From NCBI RefSeq assembly GCF_006345805.1, contig NC_042998.1, forward strand, positions 173,600,001 through 173,664,000: a stretch of DNA of 64,000 nucleotides, in the 5' to 3' direction. The notes beneath the pieces are model-generated. The model made no database searches. It had not been told where the DNA came from and worked only from the letters and a program-made list of their open reading frames with translations. Origin of the DNA: Octopus sinensis. Lineage: Eukaryota. The position numbers and the translations under genes were made by a program. Positions 43,208 to 57,845 of this stretch are shown in pieces (within the stretch, counting starts at the first letter, position 1; each line of letters starts with the position of its first letter).

Positions 43208-46085
43208 GTATATTTCTGTTTACTAATTCGCCACGGGATGAGGTCACATATTTTACTAACGCCTTCCAATAATAAAGACAAGAGAATGTGAGGAGTAGTG
43301 GCGATGACATTTTGCTTCCTATCTCGCCTTCTTCAAATTGAATGAATTCCGATATTACATTTCTTCCTTCAATATTCTATAAAATAAATACCATGTCTAC
43401 TTCCTTTCAAATGTTATAACCATATGCCAATATAATCAACTATTAATTTCACTCCAAAATACATTCACTTTTGACACGAAATTATTAAACCTCAGTTGAT
43501 ATTTGAATAATTTCTCTCTAAATTTCAAAAACATTTTTCTGTTTTTATTTCATAAATGTTGTTTTAACTGAGATATCTAAAAACATTTTCCATTCATAAT
43601 TTAGAGATTCCTTAGGGTTTTTGTCCAACTAATTGACGTTGAATTTGGAGTTCTATATCTTTTTATTAGTTCAGTATAATTGAGGCGTTTTTTTTTTTAC
43701 CAATTATAAAGCCATTAAATACGAAGATATTCTAGAAATGGGAAAAGTAAATAAAATATTAAATATATTTCTAAGATGTTATTTTGTAAAGAAAACGATT
43801 CTTAAATACAGTCAAATATATAAATGAAAGATATTGCATTTATGAATGCAATGATATGTAATTATTTGTAATTGAATATAGCTCCTGCTTCTAAGTTCAA
43901 TTAACTTCAAACAAGACGTTTGAAAAACACTTTTGGCTACATTTATTTAGACGTTAAAATTTAATAATGAAATTTAATAAGTTTAGATATTCAGAAATAT
44001 GGAATAATGGTAAAATAAATCAAAATATAAAATCATATAATTGTTTCTCTAATACCAAAAGGAATTTTTTGATGATTCTCACAGAAGCATTCGGGAAGTT
44101 ATTCAGAAACATAGTTAAAAGAAGGAATATGAGATCTGATAAATTGTTTCTCACACTGTCTCATCAGTTAAACATTTAAATCAATGACCGCTAGCATTTG
44201 CGAAGGCAAAGTTATAATCATGATTCATGTTAATACTGCTAATAAAAAAGGATTTTGGTGTTGTTATTGAAATCAGCTATTTCCCAGTCTGTGATATTTT
44301 CTTAAAATAAAACATAGAAAAGTTTTGCCTTAAGAGCTATGACTTTGTATGAAATTGATTTGACATCGCCCTAATCAATCATAATATTGTCGATTATAAA
44401 TATCATCTGGTTGACAAAGAGTAATTGCAACAAACCCTGTCAATAATCTAAGTTCGTTTATTGAATTAGAAAGGATAGAGCAAAATAATTAACTTTGCAA
44501 ATGATATCATCTATTTCATGTACCATGTGAAAAATTAGCCTTTTCCCAAATCAAACTACTCTTATTACACTATTTTATACTCCAATAACACGGATCCCTT
44601 AGTGATTACCGCCTCTTACCCGCCACTCACATCTCAAATCTGTGCACTTTCAGCATTGTTTTCAACCCGAGACTTTCCCCTTAGCCCTATCTTTTTTATA
44701 TCATAAGTACCTTTCTTCCCATTACACACTCCTATAGCGATTCTTCTTCTCCAACTATATACTCCTGAGTAATTCACATCTAGAAGTTCATTGATTTTAT
44801 TTGCCAAATTTTACTATTACTCCTCTCCCACACTTCTTTTCTTCTACTTTCCTGTTCGCATTCATCCTCGCTCTGTCCTTCTTTTTATCTCTGAATTCCT
44901 AACATTCGGGAAATTTTGACGTCCGTCTATAATACAACTCCCTCAGGTTTAATATGACTTTTACAGCCACAGCAAATGCAATGCGTTTTAAAGTTTTGAT
45001 CACTCACTCCAAACCATAAATGACTTGTAAAGCAAAGGAGACACTTGACAAAGCATTGTAACTCACTTTCATTTGAAGATTTTGAATGTTGTGGCCTAAT
45101 ATGTCTCCCACATTAACACCCTCACCAGACAATCTCTTATACTTAGTAAACCCACATTAATTTGCAAGCATCTTCCGTGAATGTGCAACATATCTTGACG
45201 CAAAGCTTCTTACAAAGCTTTCTGTTGTGTGTTATCACTGTTTCTTAGAGTAAGCAAGTGAAAATACATCCTTGAGAAGATGTGTCACAATACTTGACAC
45301 AGGCTCGGTTCAGGAAACAATATTCGGGGGTCTACAACATTCAGCCTGTCCAGTTTAAGCTGGATATCAGCCACCACTTATTACTAATATCTTCTCTGGG
45401 ATGCAAATCCGTCATACCCTCACTATAACTCTACTCTGTTCTCTGTTCGCCACGCTACAATCATTATTTCAAATTCACATTGAAATTGAAGTGTTGCTTG
45501 CATTTACATAGAATAAAAGTTCTCCAACACTCACTTCTTTCACTAAGACTTCTGCAAAATACATTTAGTTGTCCAAACGCAAAGTGTTTAAATTGATTTG
45601 ATGTCTTTAATGTCTTCCTTCATCCTTGTCCTACACCGAATGAATCTATTTTACATCACTCTTCTCTGAAGCTTTATCTCACAGTCTCACTACTACTCTT
45701 AGATTTCACAATCATCCCACACCAATGATTTATATAAAGAAACGGAATCAGATGTGATTCCGATCTCTCTGTAACAGCTATTATCACCACTTACTCGTAT
45801 CCTTAATTGATATACTCTCACTCCGAACATCACAGATCTCTTACCCACTTCCCACAAAAGCCAGACTTCTAAAGGTTATTACAGTATGTTATTATTGGAT
45901 CATGCAAACACCTTATAGTCGTAAACAACCCCCACCCACCACACATTTACATATACTACAGTTACCTTTGAATCCTATGATGCTACAAGTGAACCCTTTT
46001 CTCTGAGCTAACCGTGGAAGCAAATGTGCTTTTATATACCTGGATACAATTATGCGTCACTCCTGAACAATCAAAGAATATACCT

Positions 46086-46315
46086 ATTTCTTTACTACCC
46101 ACAAGGGGCTAAACACAGAGAGGACAAACAAGGACAGAAAAACGGATTAAGTTGATTATATCGACCCCAGTGCGTAATTGGAACTTATTTAATCGACCCC
46201 GAAAGGATAAATGGCAAAGTCGACCTCGGCGGTATTTGAACTCAGAACGTAGCGGCAGACGAAATACTGCTAAGCATTTCGCCCGGCGGGCTAACGTTTC
46301 TGCCAGCTCGCCGCC
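46086..46315 (-). mobile_element. SINE family A copy with a different 3' tail
   Basis: Reverse complement of the head and body of 2308-2523. Confidence 0.85.
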
Positions 46316-49300
46316 AATCAAAGAATATACCATGGACTGAAATCCCTATATAAATAATGTTCATACGCATAATTTATAAAGCGAAAGCCACTTATGTAAG
46401 TCCGCCAAGTGAACGACATGCTGCTGCGCTACAGCAGGGTAAATGGTGCTACAACATTCGGCACTTGAAGAAATTTTCTACACTGGTGCCATACACAAGC
46501 GATCAAGACACTTCACATAAATCCTGCATTGGGCTCATGATCAGAGACCTCAAAAATATCGTTGAATAGGGATCTCACAATAGCGTTACTGTCGCAAGAT
46601 GAACGGCTCAGTCTGTACTCTCTAATTAATCTTGTACTAATTACTCACTAGTTTTCTGCAAGGACTGTTTCGATATCTGGGTCAGTATTACCACTACACA
46701 TTCAAATACTCGAGACCACACCTAGAAAATATGTGCTCAACTGGCATGAAGTCACTCAAAACACATCTCTTGCTTACATTTCTTATATTGTATACAAAAT
46801 CCCACGCCTTGCACAAATCACTACCTCCAGTTCTTTCTTTCCAGCACGCCACTCTCATTTTCACTTTATACAGCCTTTCCTGCAGTGAGTGCTTTACAGT
46901 ATTTAAAGTAATAAGTTAATAATATCTGTCATAGAAGTCTTGAGCGGTTCGCAAATACCGTGGTTACAGCCTTTCCACACATCGAAGCAAATAAGAAAGT
47001 GAATAAAACAACTAAAACTATATTACAATGTTTAGCTAGCCTTCATCTTCAGAATAAGAGTACACTTCAGTTCTTTTATGCTAATGATTCTCGACAAATG
47101 TCAGTATTACTCACAAAATACTACTACTATCACGTGCTGACGGTAATTCTGTTACATCCTCGACCATATCTAACAAGGAAGGTCATTCAGTGGATTGCCA
47201 AAATTGTATCATCGAAATGCTGCAGCCTCTGGCTGACATATACACTGTCTTTCACTGTTATGCGTTTGTTGGTCGTCTGAAATAGGTAGTTGAATTCTAT
47301 CTCACTTGTGACAACTATTATACTATTGAGATTGCAAACTGTCAAGCACAAAATGGTCGCATCCGAATTTTCAATTCCATTAAACGTTGTTAATTACATA
47401 CAAAACGCAGGTTATTGAATCCACGTTTAGTGCAAGGCTACTTGTGACGTCCATTTTTCCTCTTCGCTATTTCTAATGATGTTTTCCCCCTGACGCTCGA
47501 ACTAGCCATTTTGTGTAATTCTCTCTCTCTCTCTCTCTCTCTCCCTCTCTCTCTCTCTCTCTTTCTGGAAAATCAGTATTCTGTGAAGATCATGGTCATT
47601 AACTCTTCTATCTAACTAAACGGTAAAATAATCAGTTTTTAATCCTTCAATGTCGTTCACATCATTTTAATAACAACCTGTATCTCTAATTATCTGTAAT
47701 TAATTAAATCGAAAATTTTAGTGAACACACATTCCGCCTGACAGTTTGCTGTTGCAATAGTATGCAGATTCCTAAAAAGGAATGACGCTAAATCATTGCA
47801 CAAATTCAGTTATGGTCTGTCAAAACTCCTAAGTGTATACGTTATCCTTGTCCTGTTGCTCACATATTTGTTCAAACGTTCTGCCAGCCGGAAGAGTCCT
47901 ATATTCTTTCTTAATAGTGTAGTTTATGACATATCGTCAGTAAGAAAAGGAAGCACAGTATAGCTCACTGTATTGGTTAACTGATTTGCAAAGCTTAAAA
48001 TGACCATTTTTGCATTTGATTTCTTCACTGCTGCATATAAGTGCTTTCTTGAAGATATCTATGCTTTTGAAATAACTGTTCAGCCTGCACCTAATATAAA
48101 CTTTGGGTGACACATGATGCATGTATTGGTCCAATATCAAACTATTGTCTTTATCATAATAAATTCAGCGATAGCAACTTTGTTACGGATTTAGATTTGG
48201 AATCACACAGAAAACGTTTTGGTTAGAATTGCTATGGTATGAAACAGTAACTCAGAGTATCGTTCCCAATGGACATTATAGACAAAATGTATACAAAACC
48301 CTTATATACAAGTGTATGTGTGTGTGCTTGCATCCTTGTGTGTATATTTGTGTGAGAGAGAGTGTGCGTGTGCGTGTTTGTGTGTGTGTCTCTTCCTCTC
48401 TCTCTACGTGTGTGTACGCGCGCTGTGTGCGTGTGTTTACGTAACGGGTACCAATAGTTGAACAACATTGAACACAAAATCACCGTTTGGTATTTATTCT
48501 ATTACGTCTCTTTAAGATAATCTTAATTTATCCATTTGGATCATAAAAAATCAATACAATAAACACCAGAAAAAGTACTGTCTACGATACAATTGACAAA
48601 AGTCTTCCAAGGCGAAGCCATTTTATTGCACTGCAACGGTCCATCGACTAAAACTAGTTAAAGAATAAAACAAATTAAAACTTTTACCAAATCTTTACAA
48701 ATTACGCAATGGTTGTTTTCAATCCCTTGTTTACCCTTCAATCTAAAACATAATTTCCGTTTTCACCCTTACAGTTCAAATGCTAATTTCTTCTCATTAA
48801 CTCGTTTTCCGCAACGTCTATTTTCCTTTCCTTTTCAGGCGCTTTAGCTATTTTAATATATCAACATCTTGCCATCATAATTCTTTCTCGCTCTTATTAA
48901 AATATTTAGGTTTTATTTCGTTCTAAAATATTTAGTTTTTATATCACTTTAAAATCTTGTCTAGGCTTCTTTAATTCCCTTTTTGGTATTTTTCATAAAT
49001 ATTGTTGATTTTATTTTCATTTCCAGTCTCTCATTTACATAGTTCTAGCTATTTCTAAATTGTGCGAGTGCGTATATTGATACTAAAAATTTATTCCGTA
49101 ATTATATATTGTACACCTGAATCCTGTTCACATGTAAAAATTCAATTTCGTTTATAATTTACGAACTTAAAAGTGATATTAAAATTAACATATTTTATAA
49201 TGCGACAAAATATTTACGTAATCTGAATTCTATATGAATTTCTGTTGCAAATCGCCCTTGCTCCGGGATTATATCTCACTAGACCAGATGTGGATAATTA

Positions 49301-50755
49301 GTAGCAGAAATATATTGATATTAAAGTCATGAATGGACAATAATATTATATTCTAACGGGATTGTGTGCTGAGAAAAGTTAACTACTATTGTCTTTAAAA
49401 AGGGGGTTTTAGGTAATGCAACACAACATATACAAAACGACGTCATTGATGATAGATCTGTTCAATCAGTGTTAACATGAGACAAAACATGAACAACAAT
49501 GTCAACATCTTTTCTTGTGTTATCAAAAACAAAAACAAACTACCTGCCAATTAATGGTATTTCATTATAAATACAATGGCCATCATTTTCGTATTATTTG
49601 TGTCAAAAAGATTCTTTACTGCCACCTACAACATTTTCAAAGAATTATTTTGAAAGAATAATGTAATGTAATGATTTACTTCGAAAACAAAATCGTGACA
49701 TTTAAAGCATTAGAATTTATAACAACTACATAAAGTTCATTCTAATTAAAAACAATAAAATTAATGTACGATTGTTTACGATAGTAGCAGAGAGCTGGGT
49801 GAGTAGTTTATGAGATTAGTAACCAAGGGCTTACTGAAATATAATACTTCAATAATTGGGGCTAGAGTGAAAATATTTAAATATATGGTGGTCAAGTGCA
49901 TTTATCTTCCACTAAAAAGTACAAAGTTGATCTGCTTGTTGTAATATGAAAACTGAGATCGTTTCACTGTCTGGCGGTGGTGAATTAATTGTATTCTATG
50001 CATAAGTTTCACCGGGATGGGATTTGCTAAAGCTGATGCATGAGGGCACTATAGTTTGGCTCTAGCAAAACATTGAATTTACTTTTTATTACATATGAAT
50101 TAAGATAAAATGTTAAATCAACGATTATGTTGATATATTATGCGATTGAATCAGGATTTTTGTTTGTTGTTTTCTCGCTTTATTCGTCTGGAATCAATAA
50201 AACGTGTTAATAGCTTCTAATTTTATCATGCATACATTCATTGAGACCATCTAAAATCAAATCTTTCCAGCCGTGTTCTTTTTCTTTTTCTATTGCACAT
50301 CTATTTTGCAATATTAAGTCCTAGAGAATTTGTTTGTTCTCACGAAATTTGAGCGCCCCGACGTGTGACAAGAGCTAACAATTCCAGCTGTAGCTTACTG
50401 GTGGATTAATGTTCTAAGCAGAAACGTTTTTCGGTCCAAACTTAATGACACAAATTCTCCTGGATTTAATGTAACCACAGTTGACAACGCAGACGGTACA
50501 GTGATCTTTAAAAGATATTTGTTTGCTTAAAGACTCCCTTGCTAGTTAGAACAAGTGAAAGTAATCTACTGATCTCTCTTTTCCTATACACTTCCCCTAA
50601 AATATTTTCGTTTTGTACTAAAAGTTATAAATCAAATATTTCTAAAACAAAAAGCAAAATATCGAATAATGATAAGCATAAGATATAGTAAAGTTATTCA
50701 AATTTTCAGATGATTTCCACTATGATAGTAGAACATATTTTATGTAATATAAAAC

Positions 50756-51090
50756 GAAGGAGTATGGCTCAGTGGTTAGTGCGTCGAGCTTACGATCATG
50801 AGTTTGTGAGATCGAATCCCAGGCCGGGCTGCGTATTGTGTTCTTGAGCAAGACACTTTATTTCACGTTGCTCCAGTTCACTCAGTTGTAGAAATGAGTT
50901 GCGAGGTCACAGGTGCCAAGCTGTATTTGCTGTTGCTTTTCCCTTGGATAACACTGGTGGCGTGGAGAGGGGAGACCGGTATGTAATGGGCCACTGTTGG
51001 TCTGCCATAAACAACCTTGCCGGGACTTGTGCATGGGAGGGTAACTTTCTAGGTGCAATCCCATGGGCTGTGTCGTGACCGAAGGGGGTC
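50756..51090 (+). mobile_element. CORE-type SINE family B copy
   Basis: Same head, core and tail as 8615-8946. Confidence 0.88.
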
Positions 51091-51218
51091 TCAGATAAAA
51101 CGAAAGAAGGCAGCGTTCTCACAGAATCGTTAACACGCCTGGTGAAATGCTTAGTCATATTTCGTCTACCGTTACGTTTTGAGTTCAAATTCTGCCGAAA
51201 AATGGCGACACAGCAGTC

Positions 51219-51435
51219 AAAAAATCATAAAAAATAGGGATTTTCATAGAAAAAAAAGCACCTTTTTAATGTAAATAATTTTTGGTGTTAACATGGTCCG
51301 ATTTGAATTGTTTCTTCATCTATCATACTCTCGATTTTGGTCAACTTGCACCGCAGGGTTTCTGAGGAGATAGTGTTAGTTGAAGGCTACCAAACCTGCC
51401 ATACACAGACAACTTTAGCTTTATATAGAGAGAGA
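51219..51435 (-). mobile_element. Helitron-like 5' fragment between SINE pieces
   Basis: Minus strand starts TCTCTCTCTATATAAAGCTAAAGTTGTCTGTG, similar to the 5' end at 36704. Confidence 0.5.
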
Positions 51436-52224
51436 TATGACGACAAGGGTTCCAGTTGATCCAATCAACGGAACAGCTTTCTCGTGAAATTAACGTGCAA
51501 GTTGCTGAGCACTCCACAGACACATGTAACCTTAACGAGATTCAGCGTGACACAGGGTGTGACAAGACTGGAACTTTTAAGTACAAGTACAACAGAAACA
51601 GGAAGAAAGACTGAATGTTTTAGCACATCTCGCAACCACCTCAAGGAAAAAAATGGGAGTAAACAACACTTTTTTATAGTTTTAAGCAGTCAATATGCAT
51701 TTAATGCTATAACCAGCACATTACAAATTAAATATTTCTCAAAATAAGAAACTTATAGTGAAAAGTTAAGATTTATCCAAAAACAAAATAGCACATTACA
51801 AATTGAATGTTTCTAAAAAACAAACATCTCCAATCTTAACTGTTTCATGGAGTAAGTCCTCCGCACGTGCGTAGGACAAACCTACGACAAAACCTTCTCG
51901 GACAAAACCCCCATAGTTAAAGTGTGAAATTGGACAAAACCCCGCCCGGTTATAATTTTTGATTATTATTATTTTTTTCCCCCGTTTTACTAATTTCAGT
52001 CATTAGTCGGTGGCTATACTGGAGTACTGCCTTGAAGATTTTTAGTTGATCCCAGAAATGTTCTTTCCTTTTTACTTCTTGCAGTTATTACACTGTGACC
52101 AAGCTTGGGTACCAACTTGTAGTATTTTTACCTGACTGTATGAAACCCAGGATTTTTTAAAGTCGAGTCAAAACTATCTCTGGTATATTTCGTTTATATG
52201 TGTGTGTTATCTTTCTCTTTTCTA

Positions 52225-52492
52225 CTTTACTCTTCTACTTGTTTCAGCCATTTCACTGCGGCCATGCTGGAGCACCGCCTTTAGTCGAGCAAATCGACCC
52301 CAGGACTTATTCTTTGTAAGCATAGTACTTATTCTATCGGTCTCTTTTGCCGAACCGCTAAGTTACAGGGACGTAAACAAACCAGCATCGGTTGTCAAGC
52401 GATGCTGGGGGAACAAACAGAGATACAAACATATACACACCCACACATATATATATATACACATATATACACACACATACATATACATGCAT

Positions 52493-52549
<57 letters not shown>

Positions 52550-52701
52550 TATACACGACGGGCTTCTTTCAGTTTCCGTCTACTCACAAGGCTTTGGTAG
52601 ACCCGAGGCTATAGTAGAAGACACTTGCCCAACGTGTCACGCAGTGGGACTGAACCCGGAACCATGTGGTTGGTAAGCAAGCTACTTACCACACAGCCAC
52701 T
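52225..52701 (-). mobile_element. SINE family C copy
   Basis: High similarity to 13026-13429. Confidence 0.88.
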
Positions 52702-55523
52702 AGACTGCGGTAATGATAGGGCACCGCTTGAAGAATTATTAGTCGAAAGTATCGACCCCAGAATTTTTGTTAGTTGATTTTCAACCACCGCATGAAGTTA
52801 AGCCTAGAAGGTCTCTTCACATGCTAGAAATAACAGCGAAATCTCTTGAATTTTTTATAATTTCTCATAAACGAAAATAAAACAAAAACAAATTTTTGTG
52901 AGAGGTACGATATAAGGGAGAAATTTTTATCTTTTTAATGTGTCTTGAATGTGTTTCAGAACGGGGAATACAATAAAATAACGAAGGGTGGGACAGCTAT
53001 TCCGTCCAAGAAAAATACTTCAACATTTAATTAGTCAAGAATTTTCTTATTTTTTGATATTTTCAGAATAAGTTTGTGAATTTGTGTTGATCTTTGTGGT
53101 TTTCGTCACTGTTTGCAATTATCTTTAAAATATTCTTCAATGTATCATATAAATGTATATTTTAACGCTGAATCCGAATTTGTGATTCATTGATTCTAGA
53201 AAAATTTTGAAAAAATATTACAGTTGTTCAAAGTTTGATCATTTTCAGAATTGTCAGCCAATCAGAAAACAGCGCGTTCGCTGCCTCTTTCCCTTATTTT
53301 GATTGATTCCTATCTTGTGGCTAATGAAAATATTACCCTAATTCACGGAGGTCTAGGCCCAAAGAAGAATAGCAATGTCCTCAAGAAAGTATTTAAGCGG
53401 ATACCAGAAATGCCAACTCAAGGAAAAGTAATATAACGAAATTTTTAAATGTCAAAAACTATCAAACTATCAAACTATTTTACAATGTCAAGTAAAAGCT
53501 TGTCATTTAAAGTTCGTTACTTTAAATAAGTTCGTAAGCATGGGGATGAAAACAATCTGATTTTTCGAAAGTGTCACCTAATCCGATAAAGAAAAGCAAT
53601 TTATTTCAACCAACAAGTCTCAGGTAGTTGTTGGAAGATATGATTATCGAGAAGTGGTTGAAGCTATTCTTCAAAGAGTTGCTTATAAGATATGCAATGT
53701 AGATGCACTTTATGGAATTTATATATCAGCAAGAGCCCACCGAGAGATAGTAGATGTCACCGAGAGTAAAAATGACATAGTAACTTGGTGGGGGGGGTCT
53801 AAATTCCTATGCTGTGCGGAAAAGATGACTTTAAAATTTTGGGAGTGATTTTTCACTTGAACAAAAAAGAAATATGCACTGAATAGATTTTGTCCACGTA
53901 GACTACCACTAATTTCCTAATTTAAAAGTGCTCTTTGTGTACTTAGTTCAAGCTCCTATCCTCACGTCTTAAATTATATATTCTAAATAGGACCTCAAAT
54001 CCATCCGTCAGTTGTGTGCTAGGAGTTATATCTATATTTCTACAAGTGCGTTTTTAAGTGAGAGAGAGAGAGAAAGAGAGAGAAAGAAAATTCCTGATTG
54101 AATGATCAAGAAAATGACAATTCCAAAGAGTGTCACAGAGGACTCTGTACGGGTTAAATATAATTGCAGAGCAAATATTTTTATTTTATACATTTAATGT
54201 TTTACCTAAAATTCTGTGCTTTCACTAATTTATAAATAGCTCCTATAAAGCAAAATATTCCAACTCTATAAAACGCAGTCAAATTTAATTTAGAATAATT
54301 TTCACCATTTTGTCAAAGAACTACAGGTAGACAGTGTAATGAATCAGTGTCAATGTTAGTTAAAAACATCTACTTTAAAATCAAAACGCTTTCATATTCA
54401 ATTTGGGAAATGCATACACACTTGTAGTATAATCAATAGTAAATATGCAAATATAGGGAATTAACAAATTCAGTACTGAATTAATAGTATAGATTAGATA
54501 GGTATCAACTGCTTGGAATAAGGACAGAGCGTCCTAGTTTCAAACTATCCAAATTAAGTGCTGTCGTACTACTTTATAACAAATACAAACACGATTCGGT
54601 TCGGCATCATAAGATTTATGTACTCTTAGAAGTTTAAGAGCCAAGCCCTATAAAGCGAAAATTATGAATAAATATATATACTGAAACTAGGCCGGGCGGT
54701 TAACAACAATGCAACCGAACTGACTAATCTTATTTCATTAAAGATTCACCGTCTAAAGCACTGTATAATCAGCTGCAACTGTGTATTGAGTAATCCTTTT
54801 AGAACATATAGGAAACATTTTACCTCATATTATTTTATTTCATATTCATTTTACCTCATAGTATATTATTTTATATTGAATACTAAAATGCAAATGTTTG
54901 TGCTATGTAGTAAATATTCCATATATTTTTACTCCAGTCACTGGAAACTATTCCACAGTGAATTTCAAACTATTTTTCTGAATTCAATGCAGTCATTGAC
55001 ATCAATAGTCACACCTTCCTTAGCTCTCGCACTCACACTATACAGATGCTGCTGGTACAAAAGAAGAATGGTTTTCTGTTATAAAATCTTTTATAAACAG
55101 ATTCACTACTTATTCGTACTATTGATCAGGACACCACACATATACTCCAAACACCTTCAGCACTGAACATAACTTTAGCGAAGTATTATCGTTTTGACAC
55201 CAATAAGTTTGCACTGACATTTTGCAGTTTCTTGTGCAAAACTTTTTGTAACTGTCTGTAGCTATTATAGTTTGAAAATCAATTGCAGCTTATGCTGTTA
55301 AGCATTCTTTCTTTTTACTTCGTTTATTGCAATAACATAGATGTGGCTTCGAACAGAATTCTTCATTCATCAAGTCATCACAAGGTGTGCTTAGCTGTAC
55401 GAATCTGCTGGTTCCGATAAATTATATTTACTATCTCTTTTGCCACATCTTAAGCTACTTAATATCTGTTTAATCTGTGCTGACTACCTCTTGTACTCAT
55501 ATCATGTATGAGTAATTACATAT

Positions 55524-55560
<37 letters not shown>

Positions 55561-56068
55561 GTCTTTGAATCAGAAATTTTAATATTGCTTAATTGACATA
55601 ATTCGCATAACACACCAGAAGTTAACAATTCACAATAATGACTTTTATTACTTTTATTCCTACCTCCGCTCATCTAATTATATATATATCTATCGTTACT
55701 TTTCATAAAAATCCTTTACTTCTTTTGATTTCCATTGTGCATTTTCGTTTATTTTTCTTCCTACTTTCCCCTTACATTTCCACGTGTAGATTCTATTTTT
55801 TTGGGTAACATATTTCTCATACTTCTCTATTTCTTCATGATGTGTCATATAGTTTGAACCACATTATATTGAACTTCAATATTAATTATCTCACCAATTA
55901 GACAAGTAGGTTTCAATGCTATCACTGGAAACATAGAAAGAAATGCTTGTATATATGAAAAACACATATTTCTGAAAGTAATCATTTCAGCTTAAAAGCA
56001 ATTTTACAATTTATTATATCAGTTTGGAATGTGTTCTTTACACAAACGCGTCCACACACGCAAGTGCG

Positions 56069-56100
<32 letters not shown>

Positions 56101-56406
56101 TGTATGTATGTATGTATGTATGTATTTATATACACGTTTTAAAGCGCATAGTAAAGAGTTTAGCGCAGCCAATGAGTGAGCATTACACATGTTCAGCAAA
56201 ACTCCAAAATAGATATCTAGGAAGAAAATTAGTGTTACTACACATATTAACCTCTGTTACAGGTATGTAAATTATAATGGTCATAGATTTTGGATAAACT
56301 ACACGACAGGAGAATAGGTTGTGACAATTGTGAAAAATCTGTTACTCCGTCTTCCGTCATGTAATACACATGTATGCATGCTTTTGTTTGTACACATGTA
56401 AGTATA

Positions 56407-56497
<91 letters not shown>

Positions 56498-56897
56498 GGG
56501 AGAATTCACAAAAAAAAACAAAAGTCGAAAACAGGTGGTATAGACAACAAACAGATGTGTCGAGAAGTGAAAAAGTCTTTAATGTTTCGAGCCTGCGCTC
56601 TTCCACAGAAAGGAACACAGAAATAAAGAGAAAAAAGTAAAGCATGTGTAGTGGCTAGAGAACTACCATGGCAAAGGCCGGAGAGAAATGTCACACAAGA
56701 TAGCTAGGGAGAAGGGGAGATAATAAAGTGGTGGTGATCCAAAAAGGAGGGTGCACGTGCGTGTGTATAAGAGAGTTTTATGTGCGTGTGGAAGAGGGCT
56801 GGTGATCTTGACGTGTGCGTGTGTGTATGTGTAGGTGGGAAAATGTGGGTCTGGGAAGTGGTCAATGCTAATGTGTGCGTGGTCATGTGTTGCGAAT

Positions 56898-56935
<38 letters not shown>

Positions 56936-56940
56936 GATAT

Positions 56941-57000
<60 letters not shown>

Positions 57001-57001
<1 letters not shown>

Positions 57002-57282
57002 GAATAAAATCTTTAAAAGAAATTATCAGTAGTTAGCGTGAAAAACCTCGTAAGAGAAAAATCCGTAAATTTTTCCACTTTGAAAATATTTATTTATATT
57101 ATATTGAGGGTACTACTATTCGTAGATACCAAACGCTAAGACGGACCAATGCAGTCAAAACGAATAGTAGTACCCTCAATATAATATAAATAAATATTTT
57201 CAAAGTGGAAAAATTTACGGATTTTTTCTCTTACGAGGTTTTTCACGCTAACTATTGATAATTTCTTTTAAAGATTTTATCC
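57001..57282. repeat. Long inverted repeat (~123-bp arms, ~36-nt spacer)
   Basis: 57001-57123 is the near-perfect reverse complement of 57160-57282. Confidence 0.95.
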
Positions 57283-57486
57283 TCAATTGTTAATTTATAT
57301 TTTTCACCGGAATAGTTCAATACTGAATTTTTATTCCGAGTAAGCAATTTATTACCGAAATGCATTGCGAATAAGCCCGCCATTTTCATAGATATGTAAA
57401 GATAAATATTCGTACATGCTACGACGAATTCTACGGTTGGCTATCGAGCTTGTAACGTTATGTTTTTTCTTATATATCTTGAGTGT

Positions 57487-57550
57487 GTTGCACTGATGAA
57501 CATAGAATGCATATTCTGCATTAATTGTGAAATCACAGGTGATATGTAAC
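57487..57550 (+). ncRNA. Type I hammerhead ribozyme motif
   Basis: GUUGCA-CUGAUGA-ACA(..AGAAUgcauAUUCU..)UGU-GAAA-UCAC(ag)GUGA-UA^-UGUAAC; all three stems pair. Confidence 0.8.
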
Positions 57551-57743
57551 TAAATTCTTTTTTTAAATGATTTGCTTTGAAGTTTTGCATTCGGTAAAAT
57601 TTTGTTTATTTTAGTAGTTTTTACCGCATTGGTCCTTCTTAGCGTTTGGTATCTACGAATAGTAGTACCCTCAATATAATATATATATATTATATATATA
57701 TATATATATTATATATATATATATATATATATTATTATTATTA

Positions 57744-57778
<35 letters not shown>

Positions 57779-57845
57779 GGGTGTATAACTCCAAACTTAT
57801 AAGGGGAATTTCAAGTTAGTATTAAATCAAATTTCCCAGTATAAA

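Noticed and set aside
44550-47460. CT-rich strand-biased stretch suggesting an ancient minus-strand LINE
   Set aside because: No diagnostic RT or endonuclease motif could be recovered by eye
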